Source: Pirellulales bacterium
GTDB lineage: Bacteria; Planctomycetota; Planctomycetia; Pirellulales; UBA1268
Direction: 5' to 3'
DNA: 64,000 bases
NCBI GenBank assembly: GCA_041746715.1
Contig: JBGTGN010000032.1
Span: 468-64,467 of the forward strand
Of this stretch, positions 37,967 through 47,413 are shown one piece after another; position 1 is the first letter of the stretch, and every line of letters begins with the position of its first letter. The notes under the pieces were generated by a model. It was not told the DNA's origin, searched no databases, and saw only the letters and a list, made by a program, of their open reading frames with translations. The translations under genes and the position numbers were made by a program.

Positions 37967-38722
37967 ATGCGTTGGCTGTTGATGCTCAGTGTGATCGCGG
38001 TGGCGGCTGTCGTGGTCGCGGAGGAAAAGGAAGCAGCCGCTGCCAATGCAGGAGCTGGCGTCCGTTTCGATCCCATTGTGCGGGACATCGAGGGGTGGAA
38101 GGTCTCCATCGAACCCGCCCTGCTCGATGGCGAGCATCGGGAAGAGGGCGAAAAGGCTCTCACGATGCTGGCGAATCACTTGCAGCGAGTCGCGATCGTC
38201 GTACCGCCCGGGCCGCTGGAAAAGCTGCAACTCATGGAGATTTGGATCGAGCACAGCCATCCCGTGCTCACGAGTATGCAATATCACCCCAGTCGCGGCT
38301 GGCTCCTGGACAACGGCCACGATTCACGACTGGTCCGCAAGGTTCATATTCCACAGGCTCGCGACCTCCTCTCTCGCGAGCAGATGCTGAAGCATCCGGC
38401 CGTCATTCTCCATGAGCTCGCCCACGCGTATCACGACCAGGTGCTGGGCTTCGATTTTTCCGAGATCAAGGCTGCCTATGAGCAAGCAAAAAGCTCTGGC
38501 ACCTACGACAGCGTCCTCACCCACACCGGCAGGAAACAGCGACACTACGCCCTGACAACGCCGCAGGAATACTTCGCCGAGGGCACCGAGGCCTACCTCT
38601 ACCGCAACGACTTCTATCCCTTCGTCCGCGCGGAGCTGAAGGAGCACGACCCAGCGTTGTTGGCCCTGCTGGAAAAAATCTGGCAGCCGAGCGCGAACGA
38701 CGCATTACCGCGGAAGCCGTAA
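37967..38722 (+). CDS. Exported putative zinc metallopeptidase (HExxH)
   Basis: ATG 37967 follows GAGG. It has the signal-like MRWLLMLSVIAVAAVVVA, the HExxH motif in AVILHELAHAYHDQV, and a downstream EYFAEGTEAY. Confidence 0.6.
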   Translation: MRWLLMLSVIAVAAVVVAEEKEAAAANAGAGVRFDPIVRDIEGWKVSIEPALLDGEHREEGEKALTMLANHLQRVAIVVPPGPLEKLQLMEIWIEHSHPVLTSMQYHPSRGWLLDNGHDSRLVRKVHIPQARDLLSREQMLKHPAVILHELAHAYHDQVLGFDFSEIKAAYEQAKSSGTYDSVLTHTGRKQRHYALTTPQEYFAEGTEAYLYRNDFYPFVRAELKEHDPALLALLEKIWQPSANDALPRKP

Positions 38723-38759
38723 GCATTCTTTACGACCGGCGACTGCGAGCCGCCGCAAC

Positions 38760-39266
38760 CTACACGCGGTCTTGGAGGCGAGACTTGCTGCGACTCGTGC
38801 GACAGTCGAAGCAGAGCCCCATGACGAGGAGGCGGTGCGACCCGGCGCGAAAGCGGTGCTCGGCGGCGACCGCGTCGCAGATCTTGGCGACGTCGTCACT
38901 CGAAAACTCGATCAACTGCCGGCAGCCCGTGCAGTAAAGGTGGTCGTGCTGTGGATAGCCGTAGTCGTGCTCGTAGACAGTCCGCCCGTCGAGCACCATC
39001 GTCTTGAGAAGCCCGGCGTCCACCATTTCGGAAAGCGTGCGATAGATCGTAGGCCTACTCGCTCGTGCCCCCTCACGGGTCTTGCGGAGGTCGCCGAGCA
39101 ACTGCTCGGCGTCAAAGTGCTCGTGGTGGCTCGCCACGTGATCGACGATCACCCGCCGCTGCCGCGTGATCCGCTTGCCACGGGCTTGGAGAAACTCGGT
39201 GAAACGATCCTGGGGCGAGAGAGATGTCTCGACACTGCCCAGTGAGAATTCAGACGCCACGGCCAT
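38760..39266 (-). CDS. fur: Fur family transcriptional regulator
   Basis: ATG 39266 is preceded by AAGGAG with a 10-nt spacer. It has a winged-helix ITRQRRVIVDHV...SRPTIYRTL and metal sites HDHLYCTGC...CFDC. Confidence 0.86.
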   Translation of the reverse strand: MAVASEFSLGSVETSLSPQDRFTEFLQARGKRITRQRRVIVDHVASHHEHFDAEQLLGDLRKTREGARASRPTIYRTLSEMVDAGLLKTMVLDGRTVYEHDYGYPQHDHLYCTGCRQLIEFSSDDVAKICDAVAAEHRFRAGSHRLLVMGLCFDCRTSRSKSRLQDRV

Positions 39267-39291
39267 ACGGGTGCAACTCCTTGATGCCCCG

Positions 39292-39297
39292 ATTATA
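39292..39297 (-). promoter_or_regulatory. Candidate -10 box (TATAAT) upstream of fur
   Basis: The minus strand reads GGCTATAATCGGGGCATCAAGGAGTTGCACCCGTATG, a perfect TATAAT 25 nt before the start codon in otherwise GC-rich DNA. I found no good -35. Confidence 0.35.
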
Positions 39298-39438
39298 GCC
39301 ACACCGACAAAACGACAGCGGCGACGGGAGCAAGCGTGCCCCCGTCGCCGTGACGGAATCGTATTGACGGCTCAATCGGCCGGTCATGACACTCCCCACG
39401 AGGAGCTGTCAGGCCACCCGATGAGGCATCGAGGGCGC

Positions 39439-39711
39439 TTAGCCCAGTCGCTCGAGGAGCCGGTCGAGAGCGATGTCGAGCTTCTCGGCCGTGTCGTAGC
39501 TGCCATCGGCGATGGCTGCCTTGATCGCCGCGACTTTGTCGAAGCGGATGTCGGCGGCCGCATCGGCAGCCCGCACCGCGTCGGTCGACAGCGTGACGGT
39601 GTCCCGCACGTCAGCTACGCCCTGCTGGGTCGCGGCCTTGGCCGACTCCACGCTTTTCAGCGCGGCGATGCCCTGCGAACCCTGGGTCGAAGTTACACCA
39701 AAAATGTTCAT
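39439..39711 (-). CDS. flgM: Anti-sigma-28 factor FlgM
   Basis: 90 aa with a Ser/Thr/Ala-rich disordered N-terminus. The conserved C-terminus is FDKVAAIKAAIADGSYDTAEKLDIALDRLLE. It lies downstream of fliA. Confidence 0.8.
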   Translation of the reverse strand: MNIFGVTSTQGSQGIAALKSVESAKAATQQGVADVRDTVTLSTDAVRAADAAADIRFDKVAAIKAAIADGSYDTAEKLDIALDRLLERLG

Positions 39712-40101
39712 GTTTCGTTCCTTCCCGTTACTCCGAGGTCTTGCGACCTCTGATCGTGAATCCCTTCACCCCCGAACGCACCGCTCTACGCGGTCAGTCG
39801 TCCGATGGTTCATTGCGATTCCTGATCGCCCTCCCGAACTCCATGTGCCGCCTGTGGGCCGAAGCCCGCTGCTACCATTCTTGCCGCGCCTCCGCGTGCC
39901 GGCGATGCCACCTTCGGGGACACTCGCCGAGCGGCAGTGTGAAGCCATGCTTCAAACCAACCGCGGTAACTTTCTTTCATCGACCGATCCACTCCCTGAC
40001 TTCAATGATTTTTTCGCGTGTCGATTTTCGTTGTTCTGACGACTCCGGGCTTACCTTGCTTACCCAGTTTCAAACGAGGGCAGCCGTTGGCGTGCCCCGT
40101 C

Positions 40102-40893
40102 TCACATGGCAAACTCGGGCTTCCGTCGGCCGAGTTGGTTCTGAAGACGCTCCACGATGGCCGAATGCATCTGGCTGACACGGCTCTCGGAGAGGTCGAG
40201 GGTGGCCCCAATCTCCTTCATCGTCAGCTCCTCGTAGTAGTAGAGGATGATGATGAGCCGCTCGTTCCGATTGAGCCCCTTCGTTACCAGCCGCATGAGA
40301 TCATGTTTCTGGATTCGACGGGTGGGGTCTTCACCTCGCTTGTCCTCGAGAATGTCGATCTCGTGAACTTCCTTCGAGCTGTCGGTCTCACACCACTTCT
40401 TGTTGAGACTCACGAGACTCGCGGCATTCGCTTCGACGAGGAGCTTCTCAAACTCCTCTGCGGAAAGCCCCATGTACTCCGCCACCTCCGCATCTTCGGG
40501 GGCGCGGCCGAGACGGGCTTCGAGGGTTTTGAGCGCCTCGTTGAGCTTGCTGGCCTTGCTGCGGACCAGCCGTGGAACCCAGTCCATGGTTCGCAACTCG
40601 TCGAGCATCGCACCACGAATTCGCGGCACACAGTACGTCTCGAACTTCACGCCGCGCCCCATGTCGAACGCATCGATGGCGTCCATGAGGCCGAACGTGC
40701 CGGCCGAGGTGAGGTCGTCGAGCTCGACACCATCGGGAAGCCGTGACCAGATTCGCTCGCCGTTGTATTTCACGAGCGGCAGGTAGATCTCGATGAGACG
40801 GTTTCGTAGGTCCTCTCGGGACTGATCCTGCTTGAACTCCGTCCACAGGGCCAGGGTTTCTTCCGGCGAAAGTGGGTTCGCACGTAATGCCAC
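40102..40893 (-). CDS. fliA: Flagellar RNA polymerase sigma factor (sigma-28, FliA/WhiG family)
   Basis: The GTG start lies 5 nt after AAGGAGG. Region 2 is YLPLVKYNGERI...DLTSAGTFGLMDAIDAFD...FETYCVPRIRGAMLDELR. Region 4 is ERLIIILYYYEELTMKEIGATLDLSESRVSQ. Confidence 0.9.
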   Translation of the reverse strand: MALRANPLSPEETLALWTEFKQDQSREDLRNRLIEIYLPLVKYNGERIWSRLPDGVELDDLTSAGTFGLMDAIDAFDMGRGVKFETYCVPRIRGAMLDELRTMDWVPRLVRSKASKLNEALKTLEARLGRAPEDAEVAEYMGLSAEEFEKLLVEANAASLVSLNKKWCETDSSKEVHEIDILEDKRGEDPTRRIQKHDLMRLVTKGLNRNERLIIILYYYEELTMKEIGATLDLSESRVSQMHSAIVERLQNQLGRRKPEFAM

Positions 40894-40898
40894 GTCAT

Positions 40899-40905
40899 CC
40901 TCCTT
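40899..40905 (-). promoter_or_regulatory. Shine-Dalgarno AAGGAGG for fliA
   Basis: The minus strand reads CCCCCAAGGAGGATGACGTG. The ATG inside it is out of frame and GTG 40893 is in frame. Confidence 0.6.
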
Positions 40906-41159
40906 GGGGGGCTGATGGGGGGGAGGGTATGAAACTAGAGGGGGCGGGATGCCGGGCCGGTGCCGCGGGTCGTACCGTCTTGGTACGGCCCGCGGCACCG
41001 GCGCTCGATTTTCTGGCCGAACCGCCGGACATCGGCGGATCAGGCTCGTGATCTCGATTCATTTTCGGAGCAGCCATCCACTCCACCTTGTCCTTCTTGT
41101 CTTGCTTGTTTCGCCAAACTGCCAATGCTGTCGTGGTCATCGATTTTGTTCCGCGGCGG

Positions 41160-43283
41160 TCAGGCCGCCTGCGCGGCTCCCTCGATACCAACCGTCGCGA
41201 ATATCTCGAGCCGCGGCTCGTCGCTCACGTCGTCTTCGGTCAACACTCGAATGTCGGGGAGATGGCGTGCTAGCGCCTCGCGAACAGACCGCCGTGAGCC
41301 GGGGGGCACCAGCACAACAGCCCGGCCTCCACGCTCAATCGCAATGCGGGTCGCCCTGCGGATATCCGCGACAAGCCTCGCTGCCGGCCTTGGCCCTCCC
41401 TGGCCTCCCGCCTTCAGCGTGGCAAGCCCACTGCCAGCGAGCCGGACCGCGGTGAGCCTGCCCTCTGGATCTCGCGCCCGCCGGCAGATAACCCCTGCCA
41501 GGCGGCGTCGCACGATCTCGGCGAGCTGCCACGGTTCGGCCGCTTCGGCGGCGTGGTCAGACATGATCTCCAGCAGTTCGGCAAGCGGCCGGATCGGCGC
41601 GCCGTCCCGCAGAAGGCACTGAAGGGTTCGCTGTATGCGAGCAATCGAGAGGACGCCCGGCACAACCTGATCGACGAGTGCAGGCTGCGTGGTGCGAAGC
41701 GACTCGACGAGCCGACTCACTGCTTCCCGTGAAAGGAGTCGATCGGCATGACGCCGGACGGCTGCCTCGAGACCGCGGGCAACAGCAGCGGCACCATCAC
41801 ACACGATGCCACCACGAAGCCCCACGGTGGCGGCTCTCCCTTCTCCGAGCCAGACCGCACTCCGGCCCGTCAGTGGATCGATCGTGGCCTGCCCCTCGGG
41901 CATGCGATCTCCTGAGAGAGGGATCACAAGGCAGCTTGCCGCGGGCAGTTCAGACTCGGTGACAACATCACCCGCGATGGAGATGCGATAGCCGCGGTCC
42001 ACGAGCGCAAGATCATCGCGAAAGGACACGGCCGGGAGGACGAGCCCCAAGTCACCAGCCAGAGTTGTCCTGAGGGCTTCAACGAGCGGGGGGAGCGCCG
42101 GATCGTTCCCCGCCACGAGCCCCACGAGCCCGCTGCCGAGCTCGACCAGGATTCGTTCCTCAGCCACCGGATCGGCCTCCGTGGACGATGGCGCCAACCG
42201 CGGCCCCGGCTTTGCCCCAGGCTGCGGCCGGCGAACCATGGCGGTGGATGGTCCGCTGGACTCCAACGTGTCGAAGTGATCGTCGGCCGGTCGCCGGCGA
42301 GAAGTCACGACGGCCGCTGCGGCCACCACCACCGCCAGGCCGGCAAGCGGCAGGAACGGCAGCCCCGAGAGCGACAGGAGACCGAGGAATACGGCCGTGA
42401 CCGCGAGCACATGAGGCTTCGCCGTCATTTGCTTGCAGAGCTCGGCGGGCAGATCGACGGCCAGACTCGACCGTGAGACGAGGAGCCCAGTAGCAACCGA
42501 GACAAGGAGCGAGGGCACGGCGCTGGCGAGGCCATCACCGATGGTGAGCAGCGAGTAGACTGCCATCGCCTTGTCAGCCGACATGCCATGCTGAAGCATA
42601 CCGATCGCAAGGCCGCCGATGAGATTGACGAGTGTGATGATGACACTCGCCACGGCTTCCCCACGGACAAACCGGCTCGCGCCATCCATCGCGGAGAAAA
42701 AATCGGCCTGCCGCTGAAGGTCGTACCGAGCCTCTCGGGCCTGCTCCCGCGTGAACGATCCTGCCTGGACTTCCGCATCGATGGCCATCTGCCGACCCGG
42801 CAAACCATCAAGCGTGAATCGGGCAGCCACTTCGCTTGTGCGGGTCGATCCGGCCGAGATGACAACAAACTGCACCACGGCGATGATCGCGAAGATGACA
42901 CCGCCCACGAAAAGGTCGTTAGCCGCCACGAAGCTTCCGAATGAAGCCACGATGTCGCCAGCCGCGGCGGGCCCATCGAGGGCGGCACGGGAGAGGATCA
43001 GCCGGGTCGTAGAAATATTGAGCACCAGCCGAACGAGCGTGGCCCCGAGAAGGAACGTCGGGAAGACGGCCATCTCCATGGGTGTGCGGGCAGCGATGGC
43101 ACCCAGGATGGCAAGGACCGATACGGTCAGGTTTGCGGCCAACAAGAAATCGACGATGCCCGCGGGCACCGGCGCAAGGACCACGGCCACCGCGAGAAGG
43201 ATGGCTGCCGGAATCGCGTAATCGGCGATCTGCGCGGCCAGAGGCCGGCGAAGGGCGACAGCAGATCCGAACGAGTGGGCCAT
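41160..43283 (-). CDS. flhA: Flagellar biosynthesis protein FlhA (export gate)
   Basis: Start set at ATG 43283. Motifs are FPTFLLGATLVRLVLNISTTRLIL, FVGGVIFAIIAVVQFVVI, RFTLDGLPGRQMAIDAE and FYSAMDGASRFVRGEA, followed by a cytoplasmic C-terminal domain. Confidence 0.94.
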   Translation of the reverse strand: MAHSFGSAVALRRPLAAQIADYAIPAAILLAVAVVLAPVPAGIVDFLLAANLTVSVLAILGAIAARTPMEMAVFPTFLLGATLVRLVLNISTTRLILSRAALDGPAAAGDIVASFGSFVAANDLFVGGVIFAIIAVVQFVVISAGSTRTSEVAARFTLDGLPGRQMAIDAEVQAGSFTREQAREARYDLQRQADFFSAMDGASRFVRGEAVASVIITLVNLIGGLAIGMLQHGMSADKAMAVYSLLTIGDGLASAVPSLLVSVATGLLVSRSSLAVDLPAELCKQMTAKPHVLAVTAVFLGLLSLSGLPFLPLAGLAVVVAAAAVVTSRRRPADDHFDTLESSGPSTAMVRRPQPGAKPGPRLAPSSTEADPVAEERILVELGSGLVGLVAGNDPALPPLVEALRTTLAGDLGLVLPAVSFRDDLALVDRGYRISIAGDVVTESELPAASCLVIPLSGDRMPEGQATIDPLTGRSAVWLGEGRAATVGLRGGIVCDGAAAVARGLEAAVRRHADRLLSREAVSRLVESLRTTQPALVDQVVPGVLSIARIQRTLQCLLRDGAPIRPLAELLEIMSDHAAEAAEPWQLAEIVRRRLAGVICRRARDPEGRLTAVRLAGSGLATLKAGGQGGPRPAARLVADIRRATRIAIERGGRAVVLVPPGSRRSVREALARHLPDIRVLTEDDVSDEPRLEIFATVGIEGAAQAA

Positions 43284-43444
43284 GCGAGCAAACGGCCGCC
43301 GAAAAGGCGACCACACGAGGAACGGACGCTGGCCGAGTCTCCGGCCGGCGAGGCGGGACCGTAGCGGTTCATCTCCCGGCGGTCCAGACCGCTCCGAGAG
43401 GTGCAAACCTGGTAAAATCGTGAGCTTTCTCCCTGGGTTGCATC

Positions 43445-43873
43445 ATGCGATTCGAACGCTTCGGCCTTGCCTTTGATCACCCCGACAACTGGACGGTGGA
43501 GACCGACGATTCTGAGGAGCGGTATGCCGCAGTGACGGTCTACTCGCCCGATGGCGGCTTTTGGGCCGTGAGTGGCCATGCGCCTGGCGGCGATCCCGCG
43601 ACGCTCGCAAAGGCGGTTGTCGAGCAGATGCGGGACGAGTACCGCGATCTCGACTGCGAACCGGGCAAAGAGACGATCGCGGGCCACGCGCTGGCCGGCT
43701 TCGATCTCAACTTTTATTGTCTTGATCTCACGAACACCGCACAGATTCGCACCCTTGCGACGCCCGCGGCCATCTATCTGATTCTCTGTCAGGCCGATGA
43801 TCGCGAATGGGAACGCATCGCGCCGGTGTTCAGAGCGATGACGACGAGCTTTATCGGGGCGATCGCCAACTGA
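43445..43873 (+). CDS. Hypothetical protein
   Basis: 142 aa with balanced composition (MRFERFGLAFDHPDNWTVETDD...). I prefer it to the Arg-rich 303-aa antisense ORF. Confidence 0.5.
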   Translation: MRFERFGLAFDHPDNWTVETDDSEERYAAVTVYSPDGGFWAVSGHAPGGDPATLAKAVVEQMRDEYRDLDCEPGKETIAGHALAGFDLNFYCLDLTNTAQIRTLATPAAIYLILCQADDREWERIAPVFRAMTTSFIGAIAN

Positions 43874-44046
43874 CGTCGGCCCGGCCGCCCGGCGGCTCGC
43901 GGAAAACCGGCAGCCCCCTTCTGCCTCCCCCGAATCGGGAACAGGCGGCAGGGCTTCATGTCGCCACACCCGAGCGACGTGCCTAAGATCCGCGAGCCAA
44001 CCGGGCCTCGTTGCGGGTTCCACCTCCCGCGGTGTCACGAATCATA

Positions 44047-44062
44047 AGCACGCCGCGTGCCA
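44047..44062 (-). promoter_or_regulatory. Sigma-54-type -24/-12 promoter-like motif
   Basis: The minus strand reads TGGCACGCGGCGTGCT, against the consensus TGGCACG-N4-TTGCW. GG and GC are spaced exactly 12 nt apart. It lies in a non-coding spacer and may well be chance. Confidence 0.25.
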
Positions 44063-44252
44063 AATTCTGAAGCAGCCGGAAAACCTGGACGGCGAGTTCC
44101 AAAAACGTCGGATCGTGACGGTCAGGGCAACAAGGAAAGTCTCGCCCACCCCGCAGGCATCCCATTCTTACAAGACCGCCGGTCGGACAATCCGCCCAAC
44201 TTGACCGACCCATTGAAATTTTTTCCACACGACCCCACTCGTGCGAGCCGCA

Positions 44253-45557
44253 TCACGGGCTGGCCATGAGCCGTTCGTAGAGGGCTTCGTGGCCCGCGGC
44301 CATCATGTTGGCCGAGTGCCGATCGCGAGCAATCGCGTGCCCGCGGCGGCCACAGGCGACGGCGAGCGCCGGATCGTCGGCGAGCGTCGCGATGATCCGA
44401 GCGAGGTCGATAGGGTCTCGCGGAGCGTGAAGGAGCCCGGCACGTCCGCCGTCGAGTAACTCCGGGAGAGCGCCGTGGTTTGCGGCCACGACCGGAAGGC
44501 CAGCCGCGAGTGCCTCAATCACAGAAAGCCCCTTCGCCTCGGGATGCGCCGTGGGCAGAGCGAAGATATCGACCTCGTTCAACAAGGCCAGCTTTTCCTC
44601 GCGATCGACCTGCCCACGCCATGTGAAGCGACTGGCGACACCCAGCTCATCCGCGAGGGCGTGGCATCCAGCCAGGTACGTCCGTTCGGCTTCGATCGTC
44701 GCGCCGGCAGCGACGACCTCGACATCCCGCTTTTGCGCAAGAATGGCCAGCGCTCGCACGAGGCAGTCAAGCCCCTTCTCGGGGCATGCCCGAGCGAGAT
44801 AGCCCACGCTGAGCTTGCCGCCACGTGCCCTCCGGCGGGCGATGAGGTCCGGCGGCTCAGCCGGAAAGGCTGCGAGATCAACGCCGTGCGGCACGACGCT
44901 CACATGGCCGGCCGCCAGCCCCATCCGCTCCGCCATGAAGTCGGCAAAGAAGTGATTGAAGGCGACAACGTGATCGATGTCGGCAGCCCGCACGCGAAGC
45001 AGCTCCCATACACGGCTCCGATGCGGTTCCGGGAGCTGATCGATGAAGACATCTTCGCCCGAGAGGCTTACGACGATCTTCGCACCGGTGGCTCGGTGAA
45101 TTTCGGGGGCCAGCCCCGTGAGAAGCACATTGGCGAGATGGACGATATCGGGCCGCGGCTCACTCGCAAGCCAGCGGCCGAGCTTCCGCACCTCCTTCCG
45201 CTGCCGACCGTGCGCTCCTTCAAGCGTGGAGACGGTGAGCGGCCCGAGATCAGCCGGGCGGGCCGAGCCGGTTCGGGATGAAAGCCATCCGAGGAGTCGA
45301 CGCGAGTCGAGCGGCCGATCGAGGAATCCTGGCGTGTAGCGAAGCAGCGGCACGTGTTCTTGAAGCCAGACATTCACCCCCCCCATGACGACATGATTGA
45401 TCGCCACGTTCTCCTCATCCGTGGTCGTCGGCACGTACGCCGGCACGAGAATCGCATCACGGCCACGTGCCACGAGCGCCCGCACGAGCGCATTGTCGTG
45501 GAGGCATGAGCCACAGATGCGGCCTCCAGCCCCGGCGGTGATGTGCACGATCCTCAC
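44253..45557 (-). CDS. Glycosyltransferase family 4 (GT-B, GT1-type)
   Basis: 434 aa. The GTG start overlaps the mnmG stop (GTGA). The C-terminal motif is [34 protein letters not shown]. Confidence 0.88.
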   Translation of the reverse strand: MRIVHITAGAGGRICGSCLHDNALVRALVARGRDAILVPAYVPTTTDEENVAINHVVMGGVNVWLQEHVPLLRYTPGFLDRPLDSRRLLGWLSSRTGSARPADLGPLTVSTLEGAHGRQRKEVRKLGRWLASEPRPDIVHLANVLLTGLAPEIHRATGAKIVVSLSGEDVFIDQLPEPHRSRVWELLRVRAADIDHVVAFNHFFADFMAERMGLAAGHVSVVPHGVDLAAFPAEPPDLIARRRARGGKLSVGYLARACPEKGLDCLVRALAILAQKRDVEVVAAGATIEAERTYLAGCHALADELGVASRFTWRGQVDREEKLALLNEVDIFALPTAHPEAKGLSVIEALAAGLPVVAANHGALPELLDGGRAGLLHAPRDPIDLARIIATLADDPALAVACGRRGHAIARDRHSANMMAAGHEALYERLMASP

Positions 45558-47413
45558 GCCCGGTCACCGCCCATCACCCCGCGGCCCTCCAACGAAAGCA
45601 TAACGAGCGCGAGATCGGCCGGGGTGATCCCACTCACACGGCCAGCCTGCCCAAGGGTCCGCGGTCGAATCCGCGTGAGCTGCTCGCGGGCTTCGGCACG
45701 AAGGTGTCGCACCGCGGCATAGTCAAACCCTTCAGGAATCAATCGCTCCTGGAGCCGTCGATGCCGATCGATCCGGTCGCGGTCGAGGGCGAGGTAGCCG
45801 GCATAACGAATGTCGGTGACGACTTGCGTGGCCACGTCGCGGGTGACACTCGCGAGCGAGGGTGCGGCAGCGACCGCCTGATCCCAGGTGAAGTCGGGGC
45901 GCTTGAGCAGATCAAGGAGCAGCACGCCACTCACACGGGTTGCCGCGAGTGTGGACTGAGCCGCTTCGATCTCGGCCAGCTTCGCAGTGAGTCGCGCTGC
46001 CCGCAACGGCTCGGCAAGCCCGAGCGACGTGGCCAGCGGCGTAAGCCGTCGGTCGGCGTTGTCATGGCGAAGCGCGAGACGGTGCTCTGCGCGGCTTGTG
46101 AACATGCGATAGGGCTCATCGACACCGCGGGTGACGAGGTCATCGATGAGCACGCCGATGTAGGCCTGGTCACGGTCGAGCACGAGTCCGTCCCGGCCCG
46201 CGGCTGCGAGCGCCGCATTGGCCCCCGCCACGAGCCCCTGGGCGGCCGCTTCCTCATAGCCCGTCGTGCCGTTGACTTGACCGGCGAGATAGAGGCCGCG
46301 AACAGCCTTGCTCGCGAGCGTCGGCGTGAGCTGGTCGGGCGGGCAGTAGTCGTATTCGACGGCGTAGCCGTATCGCATGATTCGGGCCTGTTCGAGGCCG
46401 GGGACGAGCCGGATCATTTCATCTTGCACGTCGCGAGGAAGACTCGTCGAGATTCCGTTGACGTAGATCTCCCGGGTGTGCCGTCCCTCGGGTTCGAGGA
46501 AGAGTTGATGGCTTTCGCGGTCGGCGAATCGCACCACCTTGTCTTCGATGCTCGGGCAATAGCGGGGCCCGCGAGACTCGATCTGCCCCGTGAACATCGG
46601 GGCGCGATGGAGATTGGCTCGAATGAGGTCGTGGATCGCCGGCGTTGTCCGTGTGATCCAGCAGACAAGCTGCTCGCGGTCAATGCGGTCAGTCAGAAAC
46701 GAAAAAGGCTGTGGTTCGCGATCGCCCAACTGCTCTTCGAGCGCCGAAAAATTGATGCCGTTGGCAGCGAGGCGACAGGGTGTGCCGGTCTTAAAGCGAG
46801 CGATGCGAATACCGGCCATGGCAAGCGAGCGACTCACCCCCGACGTCGTGCCCTCGCCGGCCCGACCTCCCGCGGTTGTCGCCTCGCCGGTGTGCATGAT
46901 GGCCTGAAGAAACGTGCCCGTGGTCAGCACGACCGCCGCCGCATGGTATTCGGCATCGCCACGAACACGAACGCCCGTGATCAGCTGGCGCGGCGCGGTG
47001 GCGCTACTTGTGGCCAACGACTCAACGAGAAAATCTTCGACGGTCTCCTGCCGGAGGTCGAGATTCGGTGTCTCCTCGACCAGCCGCTTCACCTCCATTT
47101 GATAGAGCTTCTTGTCGGCCTGGGCTCGCGGCCCATGCATGGCCGGACCTTTCGAGCGATTCAGCACACGGTACTGAATACCCGTGGCATCGATGGCGCT
47201 ACCCATGACACCACCGAGGGCATCGACCTCACGGACAAGCTGTGCCTTGCCAACGCCCCCGATCGCGGGATTACAACTCATCTGGCCGACGGTATCGCAG
47301 TTGCTCGTGAGCAGCGCCGTGCGGGCGCCAAGCCGCGCCGCCGCGCAGGCCGCCTCGACACCCGCGTGGCCCGCGCCGATGACGATCACGTCATAGTCGT
47401 AGTGACTCGTCAC
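45554..47413 (-). CDS. mnmG: tRNA uridine 5-carboxymethylaminomethyl modification enzyme MnmG (GidA)
   Basis: 619 aa. Motifs are [36 protein letters not shown] and [15 protein letters not shown]. The GTG start overlaps the stop of the upstream FG-GAP gene. Confidence 0.95.
   Translation of the reverse strand: MTSHYDYDVIVIGAGHAGVEAACAAARLGARTALLTSNCDTVGQMSCNPAIGGVGKAQLVREVDALGGVMGSAIDATGIQYRVLNRSKGPAMHGPRAQADKKLYQMEVKRLVEETPNLDLRQETVEDFLVESLATSSATAPRQLITGVRVRGDAEYHAAAVVLTTGTFLQAIMHTGEATTAGGRAGEGTTSGVSRSLAMAGIRIARFKTGTPCRLAANGINFSALEEQLGDREPQPFSFLTDRIDREQLVCWITRTTPAIHDLIRANLHRAPMFTGQIESRGPRYCPSIEDKVVRFADRESHQLFLEPEGRHTREIYVNGISTSLPRDVQDEMIRLVPGLEQARIMRYGYAVEYDYCPPDQLTPTLASKAVRGLYLAGQVNGTTGYEEAAAQGLVAGANAALAAAGRDGLVLDRDQAYIGVLIDDLVTRGVDEPYRMFTSRAEHRLALRHDNADRRLTPLATSLGLAEPLRAARLTAKLAEIEAAQSTLAATRVSGVLLLDLLKRPDFTWDQAVAAAPSLASVTRDVATQVVTDIRYAGYLALDRDRIDRHRRLQERLIPEGFDYAAVRHLRAEAREQLTRIRPRTLGQAGRVSGITPADLALVMLSLEGRGVMGGDRA

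Noticed and set aside
39977-40005. A sigma-28 type promoter (TAAA-N15-GCCGATAA) upstream of flgM.
   Set aside because: The best minus-strand candidate is GTCGATGA (39977-39984). The position 15 nt upstream reads GAAG, not TAAA, and it lies about 265 nt from the flgM start. That is too weak to call.
40083-40098. A second sigma-54-like motif (GGGCACGCCAACGGCT on the minus strand) just after the fliA stop.
   Set aside because: It lacks the first T of the -24 box and both T's of the -12 box. Similar GGCAC...GC strings are expected frequently in this composition.
43127-44038. A 303-aa minus-strand ORF that starts right after the sigma-54-like motif and runs through the 43445-43873 gene into flhA.
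   Set aside because: It is very Arg-rich and overlaps the flhA N-terminus in a different frame. The plus-strand 142-aa protein has a far more protein-like composition. The coincidence with the promoter-like motif is noted in the findings.
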